A stretch of 64,000 bases of DNA from an uncultured Acidobacteriota bacterium (lineage in GTDB: Bacteria; Acidobacteriota; Thermoanaerobaculia; Gp7-AA8): the NCBI GenBank assembly GCA_963822445.1, contig CAWGHO010000001.1:1248001-1312000 (forward strand). The letters run 5' to 3'. The number at the start of each line of letters is the position of its first letter. Position 1 is the stretch's first letter. The notes beneath the pieces are model-generated. The model saw only the letters and a list, made by a program, of their open reading frames with translations. It had not been told where the DNA came from and ran no database searches. The position numbers and the translations under genes are program-made. Positions 28,994 through 39,700 of the stretch are shown here, in pieces.

Positions 28994-30634
28994 ATGATCC
29001 CGGAGCTCAAAGAGATCGAGCCGCGTCTCAAGCAGATCCTGTACGGGTGTGTCGAGCATGTGCAGGCGACGAAAGCGGCGCTCTACCTCTCCGCGTCACA
29101 CGATCTCAATCAGAAAACTTACGAGCTGGTCACGCACTACCAGTACAACCCCGCCGACCGGAAGGTCGTCACCGCGAATGACGATCTCGTCGATCGCCTG
29201 CACGTGAAGCGCTCGCCGTTTTTCGTGAACGGACTCGGCGCCGACCAGCGGTTCGCGGAGATGTTGTTCCGGCAGGGCAACGACCGCCTGCTGGTCGCGC
29301 CGCTGTTCTCCCGAGGGCGGATGGTCGGCTTCATCGACATGCGCGACAAGGCCGGCAAGAAGCCGTTCGAGACCCTCGACGTCGACGCGGCGCAGAAGAT
29401 CGTCGATCAGATGATCAGCGTTCTCGCCGAGAACAAGCTGTTCGGGCTGGCCGGGATCCCGCTCGTCGACGATCCCCGGGTACGCCCGTCGCCACCATCT
29501 TCGGCACCCGCGCCCAGCGCACCAGCGCAACCGCTTGCGGCCGGACAGATCTTCTCGCCGGAAGCGTCGAAGGCGATCGAAGCGGCGCGGCAGTACCTCA
29601 CCCGCCGGCAGCACATCACCAACACCGGCAAGCGCGTGCTGACCGATGCGCACATCGACATCGCCAAACTGATCCTCCCCGCGGCGCTGGGGATCCCCCG
29701 AGCACTGATCGCCTGCCTCAGCGCCGTCGGTCACGTGACGAATCCGCAGTCGACCGTGGCCCGATCGACGGTCGCCGACGATGCCCTCGACCTCGTTCAT
29801 GCGCATCTGCAGGCAGGGCTGAAGCGCTTGAACAAACCGCACATGACCCGGCACGGACAGATCGTCTACCCGCTCGGCGTGCAGCCCGCGCCGATCAGCG
29901 CTGACGCGATCAGCGCCATCGTGAGCGGCCCGGTCATCCCCCAGTCGGTTCAGGGGCTGATCCTGACCGTGGCCTTCGAGCGCGCAACCGATGAACAGGC
30001 CCGGGCGGCGTTGCAGATCTTCCTCTCCCAGATGGAGCCGATCATCGAATCGGCGCTCGCGGCAACCGGCCGCGGCGATCGCGTGCAGGTCGCCGAGCGC
30101 CTTCTCGAGCCCGACTTTCAGCGCTACCCCGAGCTGGCCGAACACTCCCGCGAAGTCGCGGCACTCGCGCAACGATTCGCGCTCGCGCTGGAGCTGCCGT
30201 CGACGCAGGTCGAGACGGTTCACATCGCCGCGCTGGTTCACGACGTCGGTCTGCGCCTGCTCGACTACGAGCGGATGTACAGCCGCGCGAACCTGACTGC
30301 CGAGGAGATGCGTGGGCTTGCCGAGCATCCCGTTGTCGGCGCGGCCCTGGTCGAGCCCGTCCTGGGACAGGACGTCGCCCACGCCGTCCTCCGCCATCAC
30401 GAGCGCGCCGACGGCAAGGGCTACCCGAGCCGCCTGGCCGGGTCGCAGATCCCCCTTCCCGCGCGCATCGTTCAGATCGTCGATGCCTGGGTGGCCATGA
30501 CCTCCCATCAGCCGTATCAGCCTGCCATTCCAAGAGATAAGGCCATCGCCCGGATGCGGGAGAGCGCCGGGACGCAGTTCGACGCCGCGCTCGTGGAACG
30601 ATTCCTGGCCGTGCTGCCGGACATCGTGCAGTAA
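28994..30634 (+). CDS. GAF + HD-GYP cyclic-dinucleotide phosphodiesterase
   Basis: HSREVA, HDVG, HPVVGA, HHERADGKGYP, IPLPARI..VDAW.AM, GTQFD; N-terminal GAF-like region. Confidence 0.85.
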   Translation: MIPELKEIEPRLKQILYGCVEHVQATKAALYLSASHDLNQKTYELVTHYQYNPADRKVVTANDDLVDRLHVKRSPFFVNGLGADQRFAEMLFRQGNDRLLVAPLFSRGRMVGFIDMRDKAGKKPFETLDVDAAQKIVDQMISVLAENKLFGLAGIPLVDDPRVRPSPPSSAPAPSAPAQPLAAGQIFSPEASKAIEAARQYLTRRQHITNTGKRVLTDAHIDIAKLILPAALGIPRALIACLSAVGHVTNPQSTVARSTVADDALDLVHAHLQAGLKRLNKPHMTRHGQIVYPLGVQPAPISADAISAIVSGPVIPQSVQGLILTVAFERATDEQARAALQIFLSQMEPIIESALAATGRGDRVQVAERLLEPDFQRYPELAEHSREVAALAQRFALALELPSTQVETVHIAALVHDVGLRLLDYERMYSRANLTAEEMRGLAEHPVVGAALVEPVLGQDVAHAVLRHHERADGKGYPSRLAGSQIPLPARIVQIVDAWVAMTSHQPYQPAIPRDKAIARMRESAGTQFDAALVERFLAVLPDIVQ

Positions 30635-30635
30635 T

Positions 30636-30733
30636 CGGGTTACGAGGTTCCGGGGTTACGGAGGTTCCGGGGTGGAAAGAACCCGTTCTGCGCTGCCACC
30701 TCGCAACCCCGAAACCCCGAAACCCCGCAACCT
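30636..30733. repeat. Octamer inverted tandem-repeat element (GRGGTTHC)n...(CCYCGHAA)n, copy 1
   Basis: gggttac gaggttcc ggggttac ggaggttcc ggggt ... cctcgcaa ccccgaaa ccccgaaa ccccgcaa cc. Confidence 0.85.
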
Positions 30734-30791
30734 TAGATCCCTCCCACCGTACAATCCCCGGACCTCGAATCGTCCAGAAGGAGACTCCTGT

Positions 30792-31550
30792 ATGCGCCCA
30801 CGCACCCTCTTTACGTTAGCCATTGCACTGTTCGCCGCGGTCTCGATGCAGGCCGCCGATCTCACCGTCGACGAGATCCTCGCCAAGAACGCCGAAGCCA
30901 AGGGGGGCATCGACAAGCTGCGCGCCCTCAACTCCATCCGTTTCACGGGGAAGATGACCCTCGGCGGCGGCATGGAAGCCCCGATCGTCATGTCCAAGAA
31001 GCGCCCCGAAATGATGCGCATGGACTTCACCGTCCAGGGCATGACCGGCAGCCAGGCCTACGACGGCACGGGCGGCTGGATGCTCATGCCCTTCATGGGT
31101 AAGAAAGACGCCGAGCCGATGTCCGGCGACATGCTCAAGGAAGTGAAGGACATGGCCGACTTCGACGGTCCGTTCATCGACTACGCGAAGAAGGGCTACA
31201 AGGTCGAGCTCCTCGGCAAGGGCGAAGTCGAAGGCACCGCCGCCTACAAGATCAAGATGAGCCGCGACGGTCAGGACACGGTCATCTACATCGACGCCGA
31301 CTCGTTCCTCGACATCAAGGCCGAAGCGAAGCGAAAGATGCAGGGGCAGGAAGTCGAGGGTGAGACCACCTACGGCAACTACCAGGAGTTCGGTGGACTG
31401 CTCTTCCCGATGTCGATCGAGATGAAGGCCAAGGGCATGCCCGCCGGCCAGACCATCACCATCGAAAAGGTCGAGCTCAACCCGGCCATCGCCGACGACA
31501 CGTTCAAGATGCCGAAGAAGGCCGAAGCGGCCACGCCGCCGGCCAAGTAA
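30792..31550 (+). CDS. LolA-like / outer-membrane lipoprotein-sorting protein
   Basis: Signal peptide; TVDEILAKNAEAKGG, KRP..MRMD, AYDG..GW, YGNYQEFGGLLFP; SD AGGAG. Confidence 0.75.
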   Translation: MRPRTLFTLAIALFAAVSMQAADLTVDEILAKNAEAKGGIDKLRALNSIRFTGKMTLGGGMEAPIVMSKKRPEMMRMDFTVQGMTGSQAYDGTGGWMLMPFMGKKDAEPMSGDMLKEVKDMADFDGPFIDYAKKGYKVELLGKGEVEGTAAYKIKMSRDGQDTVIYIDADSFLDIKAEAKRKMQGQEVEGETTYGNYQEFGGLLFPMSIEMKAKGMPAGQTITIEKVELNPAIADDTFKMPKKAEAATPPAK

Positions 31551-31651
31551 GACAGTAGGCGGTAGGCAGTAGGCGGTAGGCAGGGGAAAACCAAAACCCC
31601 CGCCACCGCCTTTTTCATACCTTCTGCTTTCTGCCTTCTGCCTTCTGCCTT
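31551..31651. repeat. Heptamer inverted tandem-repeat element (RGTAGGC)x4...(TTCTGCY)x4
   Basis: agtaggc ggtaggc agtaggc ggtaggc ... ttctgct ttctgcc ttctgcc ttctgcc. Confidence 0.85.
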
Positions 31652-31667
31652 CCCCACAAGGAGCACC

Positions 31668-34600
31668 ATGCGCAAGCACTACATCGCACTACTCACGGCA
31701 ATCGCCCTCCCCCTCCTCGCCGCCGACGAAGACATCAAGCTCGACTCCTCCACACTCGGTGGATTGCGCGCGCGGTCCATCGGGCCGGCGGTCATGGGCG
31801 GGCGTATCGCGGCGATGGATGGTCATGCAACCGCGGATGCGCCGGTCACGGTTTACGTCGGCGCGGCCGGCGGCGGCATCTGGAAGTCGACCGACGGCGG
31901 CACGTCCTTCAAGCCGGTCTTCGAAGAGCACATCCAGTCCATCGGCGCCATCGCCATCGATCATGCGAATCCGCAGACCGTCTGGGCAAGTACCGGCGAG
32001 TCGTGGGTCCGCAACAGCGTGTCCGTCGGCAACGGCGTCTACAAGACCACCGACGGCGGCGCGACCTGGACCAGCGTCGGCCTCACCGACACCGAGCACA
32101 TCGCCCGCATCGCCGTGCATCCGAAAAAGTCGGACACGGTTTACGTCTGCGCGACCGGCCATGCCTGGGACGCGAATGAAGAGCGGGGCGTCTTCCGCAC
32201 TACCGACGGTGGAAAGACCTGGAAAAAAGTCCTCTACGTCGACAAGGACACCGGCTGCGCGGACATCAGCCAGGATCCGGGCGATCCGAACATCCTCTAC
32301 GCCGGCATGTGGCAGTTCCGCCGGCGCGCCGACAACTTCAACTCCGGCGGTCCGGGCAGCGCGCTGTATCGCACGAAGGACGGCGGCGAAACCTGGGAGA
32401 AACTGAACGCTAATGCGGCAAGCGGCCTGCCCAAGGGACCGCTCGGCCGCATTGCCGTCGCGGTCGCGCCGTCACGTCCGAGCACGCTGTACGCGGTCGT
32501 CGAAGCAAAGAAGACCGCCCTCTATCGCAGCGACGATCTCGGCGAGCACTGGCGCGAGATGAACGACTCGTTCAACATCCAGGTCCGCCCCTTCTACTTC
32601 GCGTACGTCGTCGTCGATCCCTCGAATCACGAGCGGGTCTACAAGCCCGGCTACAACCTCACCTTCAGCGATGACGGCGGCAAGACCTTCATGCAGTCGG
32701 CCTTCAGCAGCGGCGTGCATCCCGATCATCACGCCCTCTGGATCAACCCGCGGAACACGAACGAGCTCTTCGTCGGCACGGACGGCGGCGTCTATCAATC
32801 GTTCGACAAGGCCCAGCGCTGGCGGTTCCTGAACGTGCTGCCGGTCTCGCAGTTCTACCACGTGAATTTCGACCTCGACGTGCCATACAACGTCTACGGC
32901 GGCCTGCAGGACAACGGCACGTGGATGGGACCCTCACAGGCGCCGGGTGGCGTCTCGAACCATGACTGGAAGGCCATCGGCAGCGGCGACGGATTCGCCG
33001 TCACCACCGATCCCACCGAGCCGGACATCGTCTATCTCGAATCGCAGGGCGGCCGCATCGTCCGCTATCGCCGCTCCACAGGCGAGGCCAAGGAAATCTA
33101 TCCGTACGCCACGCAGGACGAATCGAAGCTCCGCTTCAACTGGAACACGCCGATCTACGCCAGCCCCACGCAGAAGGGAACGATCTACATCGGCTCGCAG
33201 TTCCTGATGCGCTCGCGCGATCGCGGCGAGTCGTGGGAGCGCATTTCCGGCGACCTCACCACGAACGACAAGAGCGGGCAGAAGCAGCTCGAGTCGGGCG
33301 GTCTCACGGTCGACAACTCCAGCGCGGAGAACTACACGACCATCATCACCATCTCCGAGTCGATCAAAAACGCGAACGTGATCTGGGTCGGCACCGACGA
33401 CGGGAACGTGCAGCTGACGAAGGACGGCGGGAAGAGCTGGACGAACGTCGGCGGCAACGTGCCCGGTCTGCCGAAGCGCACCTGGGTCTCGCGTGTCGAG
33501 GCCGGCCACTTCGATGAGAACGTCGCTTACGCAACGTTCGACGGTCATCGCACCGGCGACATGAAGACCTACGTCTATCGCACGCGCGACGCCGGCAAGA
33601 GCTGGGAAGCGCTGGCCACCGCGGACCTCAAGGGTTACGCGCAGGTCATCCGCGAAGACCTGATCAACCCCAACCTCCTCTTCCTCGGCACGGAAATGGG
33701 TCTCTACATGTCCCTCGATGCCGGGAAGAACTGGGCGCAGTTCAAGGAGAACTTCCCTCCCGCGCCCGTTTACGACATCGCTCTTCATCCACGGGATGGA
33801 GATGCGGTCATCGGCACGCACGGCCGCGGGATTTACATCATCGACGACCTCTCCCCGCTGCGCGCGCTCACGCCCGATCAGCTGGCGAAGGATGTGGTCA
33901 TGCTTCCTTCGCGTCCGTCGCTGCTGGGTATCCCGGCGTACGGTGGCCGCATGGAAGGAGACGACCTGTACTCGGCCGGGGAGGTCGCAGACGTCGCGTC
34001 GATCACCTACTACCTGAAGAAGCGCCACATCGTCGGCGACTCGAAGGTGGAGATTTACGATCCGTCCGGAAAGCTCATCTCGACGATTCCGGCCGGCAAG
34101 CGCCGCGGGATCAATCGCGTCGACTGGCCGATGCGGGCGAAGGCCCCGAAGATGCCTGCCGGCAGCTCGATCGTCTTCTCCGGCGGCGCGTTCTACGGCC
34201 CGCGGGCGCAGCAGGGCGAATACACCGTGAAGCTGATCAAAGGCAAGGAAACCTACACCTCGAAGATCACGCTCGCGCCCGATCCGCGCGCGACGTACAC
34301 AGCGGAAGAGCGCGGCCTGCAGCAGAAAACCGTGCGGCGTCTGTACGACATGCTGGCCGACTTCACGTTCCTCACCGAGCGGGTGAAGTCGCTGCGCGAT
34401 CAGGCCAACGCCCGCGCCGAAAAACTCTCCGGCGCGGAGAAGAAAAAGGTCGCGGCCTTCGCCTCGAAGATGGACGAACAGTACAAAACCCTGGTGGCCA
34501 CTCGCGAAGGCGGATGGCTGTCCGGCGAAGAGCAGCTCCGCGAACAGATCGGCGCGCTGTACGGCGCGATCAACAGCTTCGACGGCCCGCCGACGGACTC

Positions 34601-34829
34601 GCAGATCGCCGAGACCGAGCGCGTCGCCGGCGAGCTGGCGAAGAAGATCACCTGGTTCGATTCGACCTCGAAAGAGCTCGCCGAGATCAACCGCACCCTC
34701 GCTTCGAAGAAACTCGAAACGCTGACCGTCCTGGCGCGTGAAGAGTGGGAAAAGAAAGAGAGCGGCGTGATCGGCGGAACGACGAAGAATCAGTTTCGCG
34801 CGATCGTCGCGCGCCCGATGACGTTCTAG
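31668..34829 (+). CDS. Secreted BNR/Asp-box (VPS10/sortilin-like) beta-propeller glycosyl hydrolase-like protein
   Basis: RSIGPAVMGGRI, repeated S/T-x-D-G-G-x-T/S-W Asp boxes, HPDHH, GGLQDNG, RFNWNTP, GTHGRG. Confidence 0.88.
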   Translation: MRKHYIALLTAIALPLLAADEDIKLDSSTLGGLRARSIGPAVMGGRIAAMDGHATADAPVTVYVGAAGGGIWKSTDGGTSFKPVFEEHIQSIGAIAIDHANPQTVWASTGESWVRNSVSVGNGVYKTTDGGATWTSVGLTDTEHIARIAVHPKKSDTVYVCATGHAWDANEERGVFRTTDGGKTWKKVLYVDKDTGCADISQDPGDPNILYAGMWQFRRRADNFNSGGPGSALYRTKDGGETWEKLNANAASGLPKGPLGRIAVAVAPSRPSTLYAVVEAKKTALYRSDDLGEHWREMNDSFNIQVRPFYFAYVVVDPSNHERVYKPGYNLTFSDDGGKTFMQSAFSSGVHPDHHALWINPRNTNELFVGTDGGVYQSFDKAQRWRFLNVLPVSQFYHVNFDLDVPYNVYGGLQDNGTWMGPSQAPGGVSNHDWKAIGSGDGFAVTTDPTEPDIVYLESQGGRIVRYRRSTGEAKEIYPYATQDESKLRFNWNTPIYASPTQKGTIYIGSQFLMRSRDRGESWERISGDLTTNDKSGQKQLESGGLTVDNSSAENYTTIITISESIKNANVIWVGTDDGNVQLTKDGGKSWTNVGGNVPGLPKRTWVSRVEAGHFDENVAYATFDGHRTGDMKTYVYRTRDAGKSWEALATADLKGYAQVIREDLINPNLLFLGTEMGLYMSLDAGKNWAQFKENFPPAPVYDIALHPRDGDAVIGTHGRGIYIIDDLSPLRALTPDQLAKDVVMLPSRPSLLGIPAYGGRMEGDDLYSAGEVADVASITYYLKKRHIVGDSKVEIYDPSGKLISTIPAGKRRGINRVDWPMRAKAPKMPAGSSIVFSGGAFYGPRAQQGEYTVKLIKGKETYTSKITLAPDPRATYTAEERGLQQKTVRRLYDMLADFTFLTERVKSLRDQANARAEKLSGAEKKKVAAFASKMDEQYKTLVATREGGWLSGEEQLREQIGALYGAINSFDGPPTDSQIAETERVAGELAKKITWFDSTSKELAEINRTLASKKLETLTVLAREEWEKKESGVIGGTTKNQFRAIVARPMTF

Positions 34830-34833
34830 TTCG

Positions 34834-34890
34834 TGTAGTGTGGGCCTCCGGCCTACCTTTCCAAGGGTAGGCCCGGAGGCCCACACTACA
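34834..34890. repeat. REP doublet-like long hairpin
   Basis: tgtagtgtgggcctccggcctacc...ggtaggcccggaggcccacactaca near-perfect inverted repeat; each arm contains a GTRG-led short palindrome. Confidence 0.75.
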
Positions 34891-34894
34891 CCGT

Positions 34895-36637
34895 ATGCGG
34901 TTTGTCGTTTTCACCTCCCTCCTCCTCTGCGCCTGCACCACCGCGCGCGTGCCGCGCGTCGAAGACCTCTCCCTCGACGAAAAGGTCGGGCAGATGTTCG
35001 TGTACGCGGCGCATGCGACGTTCATGAACGAGGAGTCGGCGGGGTTTCGCCAGTTGCAGCGGCAGGTGCGCGACAACAAGGTCGGGGGGATCATCTGGTA
35101 CGTCTCGGATGTCTACGAGACGGCCTTCCTCACGCGGAAACTGCAGGACGCGGCGCGGATACCGCTGCTGATCAGTGCGGATCTCGAGGCCGGCGTGGGC
35201 ATGCGCTTCAGCGACACCACCTACTGGCCGCCGGCCATGGCTGTGGCGGCGACGGGTGATCCCGCGTTCGCCGAACAGACCGGAAAGATCGCCGCCGCCT
35301 CCAGTCAGCTCATCGGCGTCAACCACATCCTCGCGCCGGTCGCGGACGTGAACATCAATCCCGACAATCCGGTGATCAACACCCGCAGCTTCGGCGAGGA
35401 TCCGGAAACCGTCGGCCGCTTCGTTGCTGCATTCGTGAAGGGCGTGCAATCGGAGCCGGTGCTGGCGACAGCGAAACACTTCCCCGGCCACGGCGACACG
35501 AAGACCGACACCCATCGCTCCCTTCCTGTCTTCGACGTCGATCGGGCCCGCCTCGATCGGATCGAACTGGTTCCCTTCCGCGCCGCCATCGAAGTCGGTG
35601 TGGCGTCGGTCATGACCAGCCACCTGTCCATCCGCTCGCTCGATCCCACGCCCGCTCCGGTTCGCCGGCATGACGAATCGTCCGACGAGAATCCGTACAC
35701 GAAAGACGAGACCGAGACGACCCAGGGCGGAACGATTCCCGTCTCCCTTTCGCGGCCGGTGATCGAAGGCCTGCTACGCAAAGACCTCGGCTTCGAAGGC
35801 ATCGTCATCGGCGACGCGTTCGACATGGGCGGCCTCGTCGCCCACTTCGACGCCGGCGAAGCAGCGATCCGCGCGATCGAAGCAGGCACGGACATGATCC
35901 TGAAATCGGCGAACACCGATGCCGCGATCGCCGCGGTGAAAGAAGCGGTCCGCGGCGGACGCCTCTCCGAAGCGCGCATCGATCAGTCGGTGAAGCGGAT
36001 TCTCGATGCGAAGAGCCGCGTGCGGACGCACGTCGCAACCGACGAGGAAATCTTCCGCGGTGTCGACACCGCCGAACATCGCAAGGCCGCGGCGAACATC
36101 GCCGGCCGGGCCATCACCCTTCTTCGCGAAGAAGACGGCGCCCTTCCCCTGAAGCCGGACGCGCGAACGATCATCGTCTCGGTCAGCGACTTCCCCGAGA
36201 CCATCAATCCCGTCGGCGGCGTGGAGCGCGAAGTGCGGCGGCGGTTGAAATCGTACGCACCGGCGTTTCTCATCGACTCGCGATCGCGCGACGATGAAAT
36301 GACAGTGATTGCCGACGCGGCGAAGCAAGCCGATGTAGTCATCCTGGCCCTGGCCATTCGCGCGGTCTCCGGCGCGGGTCACATGAAGCTGCCCGATGCG
36401 GCGAAGCATCTCGTCGGAACGCTCCCATCAAACGTAAAGATCGTTGCCGTCGCTTTCGGATCGCCGTACGTGCTCCGCGATCTGCCATCGCTCCGCACGT
36501 ACCTTTGCGCGTACGGCACGCAACCGGTCCTGCAACGCGCGGCGGTCGAAGCGTTGTTCGGCGAGCGTCCCATCACTGGCAAATTGCCGGTCTCCATTCC
36601 CGGGCTGCATGCGAGGGGAGAAGGGCTCACGAAATGA
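34895..36637 (+). CDS. GH3 beta-N-acetylhexosaminidase, probable lipoprotein
   Basis: LLCAC lipobox; SADLEAG, APVADVN, RSFGED, KHFPGHGDT..DTH, GDAFDM. Confidence 0.9.
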   Translation: MRFVVFTSLLLCACTTARVPRVEDLSLDEKVGQMFVYAAHATFMNEESAGFRQLQRQVRDNKVGGIIWYVSDVYETAFLTRKLQDAARIPLLISADLEAGVGMRFSDTTYWPPAMAVAATGDPAFAEQTGKIAAASSQLIGVNHILAPVADVNINPDNPVINTRSFGEDPETVGRFVAAFVKGVQSEPVLATAKHFPGHGDTKTDTHRSLPVFDVDRARLDRIELVPFRAAIEVGVASVMTSHLSIRSLDPTPAPVRRHDESSDENPYTKDETETTQGGTIPVSLSRPVIEGLLRKDLGFEGIVIGDAFDMGGLVAHFDAGEAAIRAIEAGTDMILKSANTDAAIAAVKEAVRGGRLSEARIDQSVKRILDAKSRVRTHVATDEEIFRGVDTAEHRKAAANIAGRAITLLREEDGALPLKPDARTIIVSVSDFPETINPVGGVEREVRRRLKSYAPAFLIDSRSRDDEMTVIADAAKQADVVILALAIRAVSGAGHMKLPDAAKHLVGTLPSNVKIVAVAFGSPYVLRDLPSLRTYLCAYGTQPVLQRAAVEALFGERPITGKLPVSIPGLHARGEGLTK

Positions 36638-36657
36638 AACCGCCGCAAAGAACGGTG

Positions 36658-36686
36658 TTGACCGGCGGCAGCGAACAACCTACCTT
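36658..36686 (+). promoter_or_regulatory. Putative sigma70 promoter of the TBDR gene
   Basis: TTGACC-17 bp-TACCTT; SD AAGGAG before ATG 36740. Confidence 0.5.
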
Positions 36687-36739
36687 GGCCTGACCAACGG
36701 ACCTTTCCACGGAAACAACTCGGCAGCGAAGGAGACCTC

Positions 36740-39700
36740 ATGCGTCACCTCACCCGGTGGATTCTCGTGTCCCTGGCAGTTTTCCTCGGCGTCACTCCCC
36801 TTCTCGCCCAGACGGTTACCGGCACGATGAACGGCACCATCGTCGACTCGTCCGGCGCGGCTCTGCCCGGCGTCACCGTCACCATCCGCAACGCGGAGAC
36901 GGGACTCGAGCGCATCGTCGTCACCGACAGCGCGGGCTTCTTCAACGCGCCCTTCCTCCCCATCGGCCGCTACAACGTCGAAGCGCAGCTCGGTGGATTC
37001 GGAATGCAGACGCGGCAGAACGTGCGCGTCGATCTGAATCAGACAGTCGTGCAGGACTTCATCCTCGGCATGGCCCTCGCCGAGAGCGTGACCGTCACCG
37101 CCGACGCGCCGCGTATCAACGTGGCCGACGGCGAGATCAAGCAGACCCTGCGCGCCGAAGAGATCATGAACATCCCCTCGCGCGACCAGACCAGCTTCCT
37201 CGGGCTCGCGGCAACGCTGGCCGGTTATCAGGAAACGAATCCGGGTGCGGGCATGGACAACCCCACGCTCTCGGTCGGCTCATCGGCGAACTTCAACGGC
37301 GCCGGAACGCGCGGCACGACCTTCCAGATCAACGGCGTGAACAACGACGACTCCTCGGAAAACCAGCATCGCCAGGGCGTGGCGCTGGCGACGATCAAGT
37401 CCTTCCAGGTCCTGAGCAACAGCTACAGCGCGGAGTTCGGTCGCGGCTACGGCGCGGTGGTGCTCGTGCAGACCATGTCCGGCACGAACCAGGTCGCCGG
37501 CGAGGTTTACGGCTACGCGCAGGACGGCCAGTGGAACGAAAAGAACTTCTTCGCGCGGACCCAGCCGAAGCCGGAGAACTACCGCCGCCAGTTCGGCGCG
37601 ACCGGCGGCTTCCCGATCATGCGGGACAAGCTCTTCGCGTTCGTCAACTACGACTCCACGCAGTTCAAAGGCAACACCTTCGTGTCGCGGCCGCTCATTC
37701 TCGCGAGCGACATGTCCCTGCCCCGCCTGACTCTCGGCAATGACACGCCGGCGAACCGCGCGTTCCAGGACGCGATCCTGGCGCGCTTCCCGACCGGACT
37801 CACGCCGAACAACCCGGCCCTCTCCAACCGCGCCTACCAGTACCCGCAGTTCGCTGACAATCCCGACAAGGACTGGTCGGCGCGCGTCGACTGGAACATC
37901 AGCAACAGCAACATCGTCTACGGCCGCTACCAGCGGAGCGGTCAGATCCGCGAGAACCAGGAACTGATCATCGGAGAGCAGACCCTCCAGGACAACGATC
38001 AGTCGAACTTCGGTCTGACCTGGACGAACGTGCTCAGCTCGAACACGGTCCAGGAAGTGCGCCTCGGCATCGGTGAGCGCAGCACCAACGTGAACATTCT
38101 GGCCGGCAACGACACACCGATCGTGCGCTGGGCAGCGGTCACACCCGGACACATCATCGGCAACGCCGGCGCCTATCCCATCAACCGCGACCAGACCGAC
38201 AAGCAGTTCGTCTACAACATCTCCAGCGCGCGATGGGCCGGGCACACGCTGAAACTGGGCACGGACATCCGCCGCTCCACGCTCGACGATCGCGCCTCGA
38301 ACAACAATCGCGGCTTCTGGAACTTCACCGCGGCCTGCGGCGGCGTGACCTACGCGAGCGGACTGCACGCCTTCATGGCCGGATGCGTGGCCACGTACCA
38401 GAAGAGCATCGGCCCCGACTTTCTCGAAAATGAATTGAACGAGCTCAACGCCTACGTGCAGGACGACTGGCGTCCGTTCAACAACCTCACTCTAAATCTC
38501 GGCGTGCGCTACGAGCGCGTCGCCGCGCCGGAGGAAAGAGAGAATCGGATCGACTACTTCTTCGACGACAGCCAGTACATCGATCCGCGACTCGGCTTCG
38601 CCTACACGCCGAACTGGGACAACAACCGCTTCCTCCGCGCGCTGACCGGCGGCAACGGACGCTTCTCCATCCGCGGCGGATACGGCGTCTCTCACGGGCG
38701 GGTGTTCCAGTCGATCTTCTCGCAGGGCGGCGCAAACGTTCGCTACAACCCGCCCGACGCGATCTCTCTCAGCATTCCCAGCTCCACCAACATCGCCGAT
38801 CCGACGAACGGCTTCGTGTTCGTTCCGGGACAGCCGCTGACCACGCGCGTTGCGCTCACCACGATCGATCCCGATCTGGTGATGCCGGAGACGCGGCAGT
38901 GGAACCTCACCTTCGAGCGGCAGATCTTCAATCAGGCCCGCGTGCGAGCCAGCTACATCGGAACGCTGGGCAAGAATCTCCTGCAGTACCGCTTCGAGAA
39001 TCTGCCGCTCCGTCCGGATGCGCCGGGCTCGCAGTACGTGGTCGCCGCGGACTGGCGTTGCGCCGGCACCGGCACACCCGGCCAGGCGGTAAACGCGACC
39101 TGTCCCGTGGCCGTGCCGATCGCGCCGAACGAGATCAGCCTGCGCATTCCTCGCACGAACGAGCGGCGTCCCGACGCGCGCTACACGACGAACCTCGTGG
39201 TCGACAACATCGCCGACAGCTCGTACCACGGCGGTCAGTTCGAGTTCGAGACGGGCCTGGTCCGCAATTTCACCGGCCGCATGTCCTACACGTTCAGCAA
39301 AGCGATGGACAGCGGTTCCGAGGCTACGGCTTCGGGGACCGGGGACATCAATATCTTTCCGCCGGAGTACGAGGACTACAAACGGGGGCTTTCCCGCTTC
39401 GACACCCGCCATCGCTTCGTCGGAACGGCCAGTTACCACCTGCCGTTCTTCCGCGACCAGAAGGACTGGAAGGGCCTGCTGTTCGGCGGCTGGCAGGTAT
39501 CGTCGGTCATCCGGCTCTCGTCGGGCACGCCCTTCACGATCATCGACACGGGTGCGGTCGACATCGACTTCGATGGTGTCGCCAATCAGCGGCCGGTCGC
39601 CGTCACGCCCGACGCGAACGGCGGATGGCACGTCAACTATCCCGGCGACGCGACGAAGAAGCTGAACACGAGCAAGTTCCGCCGCGCCACGGCGAGCGAC

